Source: Candidatus Nanohaloarchaea archaeon (lineage in GTDB: Archaea; Nanohalarchaeota; Nanosalinia; Nanosalinales; Nanosalinaceae). From it: a stretch of 36,852 nt of DNA. The DNA lies in assembly GCA_042217585.1 (NCBI GenBank), contig JBDGSJ010000021.1:1-36852 (forward strand). The letters run 5' to 3'. This document shows, one piece after another, positions 34,701 to 36,852 of the stretch (the first letter of the stretch is position 1; each line of letters starts with the position of its first letter). Under the pieces are notes generated by a model. The model did not search any database and was not told the DNA's origin. It saw only the letters and a program-made list of their open reading frames with translations. Made by a program: the position numbers and the translations under genes.

Positions 34701-36852
34701 TTCTTCAACGGTTCGATGGGATGGCTCATGAGAGATGTCTACGACCGGATGGGGAGGGGTAAAAGCCTCTCGGGAGTCGAGCCCATGGACCGTTACCCCC
34801 AGGTCGACGTCCCGTCCGGTCTTGAGGCCGACACGAAGAAAGCGAGGATAGATTCGACGGCGCAACTGAACGTCACCGAGGGACCGATCATGACCCGTCT
34901 CTCCGTCGCCGGCGGTCTGGACGGCTCCAGCAGTTACCCGTACAGCATCACATGCCGTGCCTACGCAGCGAACCCCTACATGGTCTGCGAGAAGAACCTG
35001 ACCTCTAAAGTCACTGAGGACTGGCAGGACCTCTACTTCAACGGCCTGGTCTTCGAAGACGGGATCTTCCCCTGGATGGCGTACGACACAGGGTCCAGCA
35101 TCACGACCCGGACGTTAGGTCCCGGAGACGGAACGGATACCGACAACCTGGCTCCGGGATCGGACTGGTTCGCTTTCTACGACAACGAGACGGGTAACGC
35201 CGTCGCAGAACTGGTCCTGAACAGAAGCATGGACGTAAAGGGCTCCCCGAAGTACAGGATCGCGGACGCGGATGCCAGCGACTTCTACCAGTACGAGGTC
35301 ATAACCGGTACAGAGAGCGTATCGGCGGGCTCAAGTTTCTACACACGGACCGCGAGGATGACCTACAACGGAAAGAGAGGATGGAAACCCGTCAACAGGA
35401 CCTACAGACTGCTCAACAACCCTCTGAGTGTTTCAAAAGGTGTGGAGACAACAAACGACGTCTCAGCTGCGAACTACAGCCGTAAAGGCAACGTTTCCAG
35501 TTCTGATCAGGAGAACGCGACGGTTTACAGTTACTGGACCGATGATACCTTCCTCTCGACCGCCTCGATAGAAATCACCGGGAACGGGATTTCAGGCCAA
35601 AACACGACCCTTTACAGCTCCTCGATCACCATCAGGGACGGGGGAGATTACGTGAACCAGAGCTGGATCAATGCCACTATCGACGCCCGGGGCCTGAACG
35701 CAGGTCCTGTCTACGCTAACATCACCGTCACGGATGTCTCGGGGAAGAAGAACCACAGTTTCATCTCCTTCCGTGTAGGCGACAGCACAGCGCCAGCTTT
35801 CAACTCTATCAGGACCGATCCATCGAACAAGAGATACCTGGACCCCGATGTAGAGGTGGACGTGACCGCGAACATCACGGAGTACTCCAACGTCTCCAGC
35901 GCGGACCTTTTCTACAGGCGGTGGAACGCCTCCGGCTGGAACGTGACCGCGATGGAGAACACATCGATCAGCAAGTTCAACTTCAGCTACAACGGGAGCT
36001 TCACGCCGAGGGAGGGGTCCATCTACCAGTACAGGGTCCAGACAAACGACACCGAGGGGAACCTGCGGAACAGTAGCGTGAGCAATCTCTCAGTCTTCCT
36101 GGACCACACTTGGAGGCTTGAAACCAATATCTCAAACCAGACCGCCAGTTTCGAGGAACGCGTCACTGTCGGGAACATCACACTGGTGAACACCGGCGAC
36201 TTCGACAAGACTTTCAGCCTTGACGCAGGAGTGTTCAACTCCCGGACCTGGGTCAATGGGACGCAGCTGCCGACAGAGATCAAGGTTAAGTCAGGTCAAT
36301 CGATATTGCTCCAGGTGAACGCCTCGACCCGGGACGCGGCCAGTCCGGAGGGCGCGGACAGTTTCAACCTCACCGTCTCCAACAGTTCGGCGAACCCTAA
36401 TCTCAGTTATACCACTTTCCAGGTGATAACAAGTACCGGAGGTCCCTTCCTCTACACGGAGTTCGACCAGTACAATTCGACCGTCACCCTGGGCGATACC
36501 GGCCTGAACATCTCGGCCACTACAGTGAACAAGGGGAACAAGGCCGCGCAGCTGGCAAACCTTACATTCGAACTTCCCTCCGGCTGGAGCTTCAGCCAGG
36601 AAGCAGCCCAGGTCTCATCCTCCGAGACACTGGATGTCGGTGAAAGCCTGAGATTCGGCACGAACGTCGACGTGGGTCCGAACGCCGCCACGGGAAACGT
36701 CAACCTGACCGCAGTAGCACGGAGCGTCAACGATACAAGGAAGGTCACAGTGACCGTCAACGTCCAGGCTCCCGACACCGGCGACGGTGATACCGGCGGC
36801 GGTGGAGGAGGCGGGTTCTTCGGTGGAGGAGGCGGAGGCGGCGGACCACCTA
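31707..36852 (+). CDS. giant secreted surface glycoprotein/adhesin (>1715 aa, runs off window): DUF2341-like domains, three H-type-lectin-like repeats, Ig-like domains, poly-Gly linker
   Basis: ATG 31707 follows TTTAAA (31677-31682). Signal peptide KVLAILALAVALTGPGAA, then WWNSEWTYRKP...DCGDLR...YIYYGNP. I translated continuously to about 34740 and spot-checked later lines without finding a stop; the same frame reads GGGGGGGFFGGGGGGGGPP at the window end. Very dense N-x-S/T sequons. Confidence 0.9.
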   Translation, partial: MGPGYKGLKSGKVLAILALAVALTGPGAAWWNSEWTYRKPFSVSNPTGNDVTNFPANVTLNTKQLIDNGKIQSDCGDLRIVEGDPGKVLKYNVTDCNTTDTTVFFSVDVAPGSTNQDLYIYYGNPSASEAEQDVPTRIINGNGESGSMAYWCSNRESSAPQGLDSFYSGTACDGKNQSDSAQWESDYTGYDRIVNSATGDWMTGPVTGGPTVSEGEDDSVLDASDTNTPGYNAFLAYSGNASGIGLKGVKVPGGVQAHAWFHVQWQSMDADHCSDNIWVGTRNETGCGGAERVDAGWFIGDGNSGPSGDMLWRHLLQGDTVSKGEWLTNSTVDPQAGEWVYPFAMTTHGGGADDSLVQIDDFYWSDSSGSPVNLPTSKKPEESYSAIKKVRTYRNGKPRSFFAPNSTANIRINASFSQKPSLGIIDSGGDLVVNGVKAANRSGLFTYNFTVQGDRGWYDVGLQRLKFHWLTDSNMAWRDGNRTNVTVLNGNLTIFNRDGPIRSDGSTWKTMKLAQSFTNPVVFATVNTADSGDGPNLAKVRNVTKRSFEVKFCEHDGTDGGCESHQKEDVGWFIGELSDLDSITGIEAGKTTLGTSSDSSGEAKSISFQESFSSDAIVIAEQQTYNHPGESIVQVPTTGTGSFSMYLCDHAGTSDSCESHGTETVAWMAIDPGASLPSFFEAGKTSTIKDSGFKQQSLSKFSEPPMVLATINTNNGGQEAKSARVKSVTASSADVGYCEHDGGDTCDTHSGERIGWLAVKGGTRGNLKNGEYESEIFSAGRTVYWTNSTVKDHVPAQTGYNLTYATNTSGSWKYYENVTDVPASRFLKFNISMRGNGTTAPEIDSISVEYNGPEDYSLIRENVFYRSERWKGNFTDGDGNKYSFRRNLTVTEPGISDRWFAPVRMELNFTFSPSRGSIRVVAWNGSRMLEIPSQLYDVNMSGGAVQDASIAMMASFNRSEERTFYVMSARASYPKSYSGLNNTDNGPDEAVGNKYYTAFFNGSMGWLMRDVYDRMGRGKSLSGVEPMDRYPQVDVPSGLEADTKKARIDSTAQLNVTEGPIMTRLSVAGGLDGSSSYPYSITCRAYAANPYMVCEKNLTSKVTEDWQDLYFNGLVFEDGIFPWMAYDTGSSITTRTLGPGDGTDTDNLAPGSDWFAFYDNETGNAVAELVLNRSMDVKGSPKYRIADADASDFYQYEVITGTESVSAGSSFYTRTARMTYNGKRGWKPVNRTYRLLNNPLSVSKGVETTNDVSAANYSRKGNVSSSDQENATVYSYWTDDTFLSTASIEITGNGISGQNTTLYSSSITIRDGGDYVNQSWINATIDARGLNAGPVYANITVTDVSGKKNHSFISFRVGDSTAPAFNSIRTDPSNKRYLDPDVEVDVTANITEYSNVSSADLFYRRWNASGWNVTAMENTSISKFNFSYNGSFTPREGSIYQYRVQTNDTEGNLRNSSVSNLSVFLDHTWRLETNISNQTASFEERVTVGNITLVNTGDFDKTFSLDAGVFNSRTWVNGTQLPTEIKVKSGQSILLQVNASTRDAASPEGADSFNLTVSNSSANPNLSYTTFQVITSTGGPFLYTEFDQYNSTVTLGDTGLNISATTVNKGNKAAQLANLTFELPSGWSFSQEAAQVSSSETLDVGESLRFGTNVDVGPNAATGNVNLTAVARSVNDTRKVTVTVNVQAPDTGDGDTGGGGGGGFFGGGGGGGGPP

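Noticed and set aside
36790..36846. GGN-rich run at the window end as a DNA repeat or phase-variable tract
   Set aside because: Mixed Gly codons in frame indicate a protein poly-Gly linker rather than a slippage repeat.
1..36852. CRISPR array, rRNA, transposase, prophage or recognisable defence system
   Set aside because: I saw no regularly spaced repeats and no corresponding protein motifs.

Overview
Archaeal chromosome segment. The proteome is very acidic, gene packing is tight, TATA boxes sit about 25-35 nt upstream of start codons, and one tRNA has an intron. This best fits a halophilic DPANN archaeon (Nanohaloarchaeota-like); the taxonomy is inferred, not proven. Contents in order: 3' part of initiator tRNA-Met, a putative 25-aa leader ORF, small hypotheticals, a HypA-like Zn-finger protein, intron-containing tRNA-Leu(CAA), an unannotated C/D-box guide sRNA, dUTPase, a GH15-like glycosidase, non-discriminating AspRS, an unusually short SMC with ScpA/ScpB, Rqc2/RqcH, an M48 protease, LMW-PTP/ArsC, an APC permease, tRNA-Pro(GGG) with C33, and a secreted beta-propeller glycosidase-like protein. 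Next is a ~9 kb chemosensory cluster: sensor-less MCP, CheW, two CheY, two CheC, CheD, CheA without P2, CheB with a dead receiver, a dCache-HAMP membrane sensor with no output domain, and a small STAC-like protein. Then come a thymidylate/folate cluster (tmk, glyA, thyA, folC, folA) and a >1700-aa surface glycoprotein that is missing from the ORF track and runs off the window end. The best candidates for novelty are the apparently split-receptor chemosensory system, the half-length SMC, the C/D sRNA aimed at the peptidyl-transferase centre, and the lectin-repeat giant surface protein.
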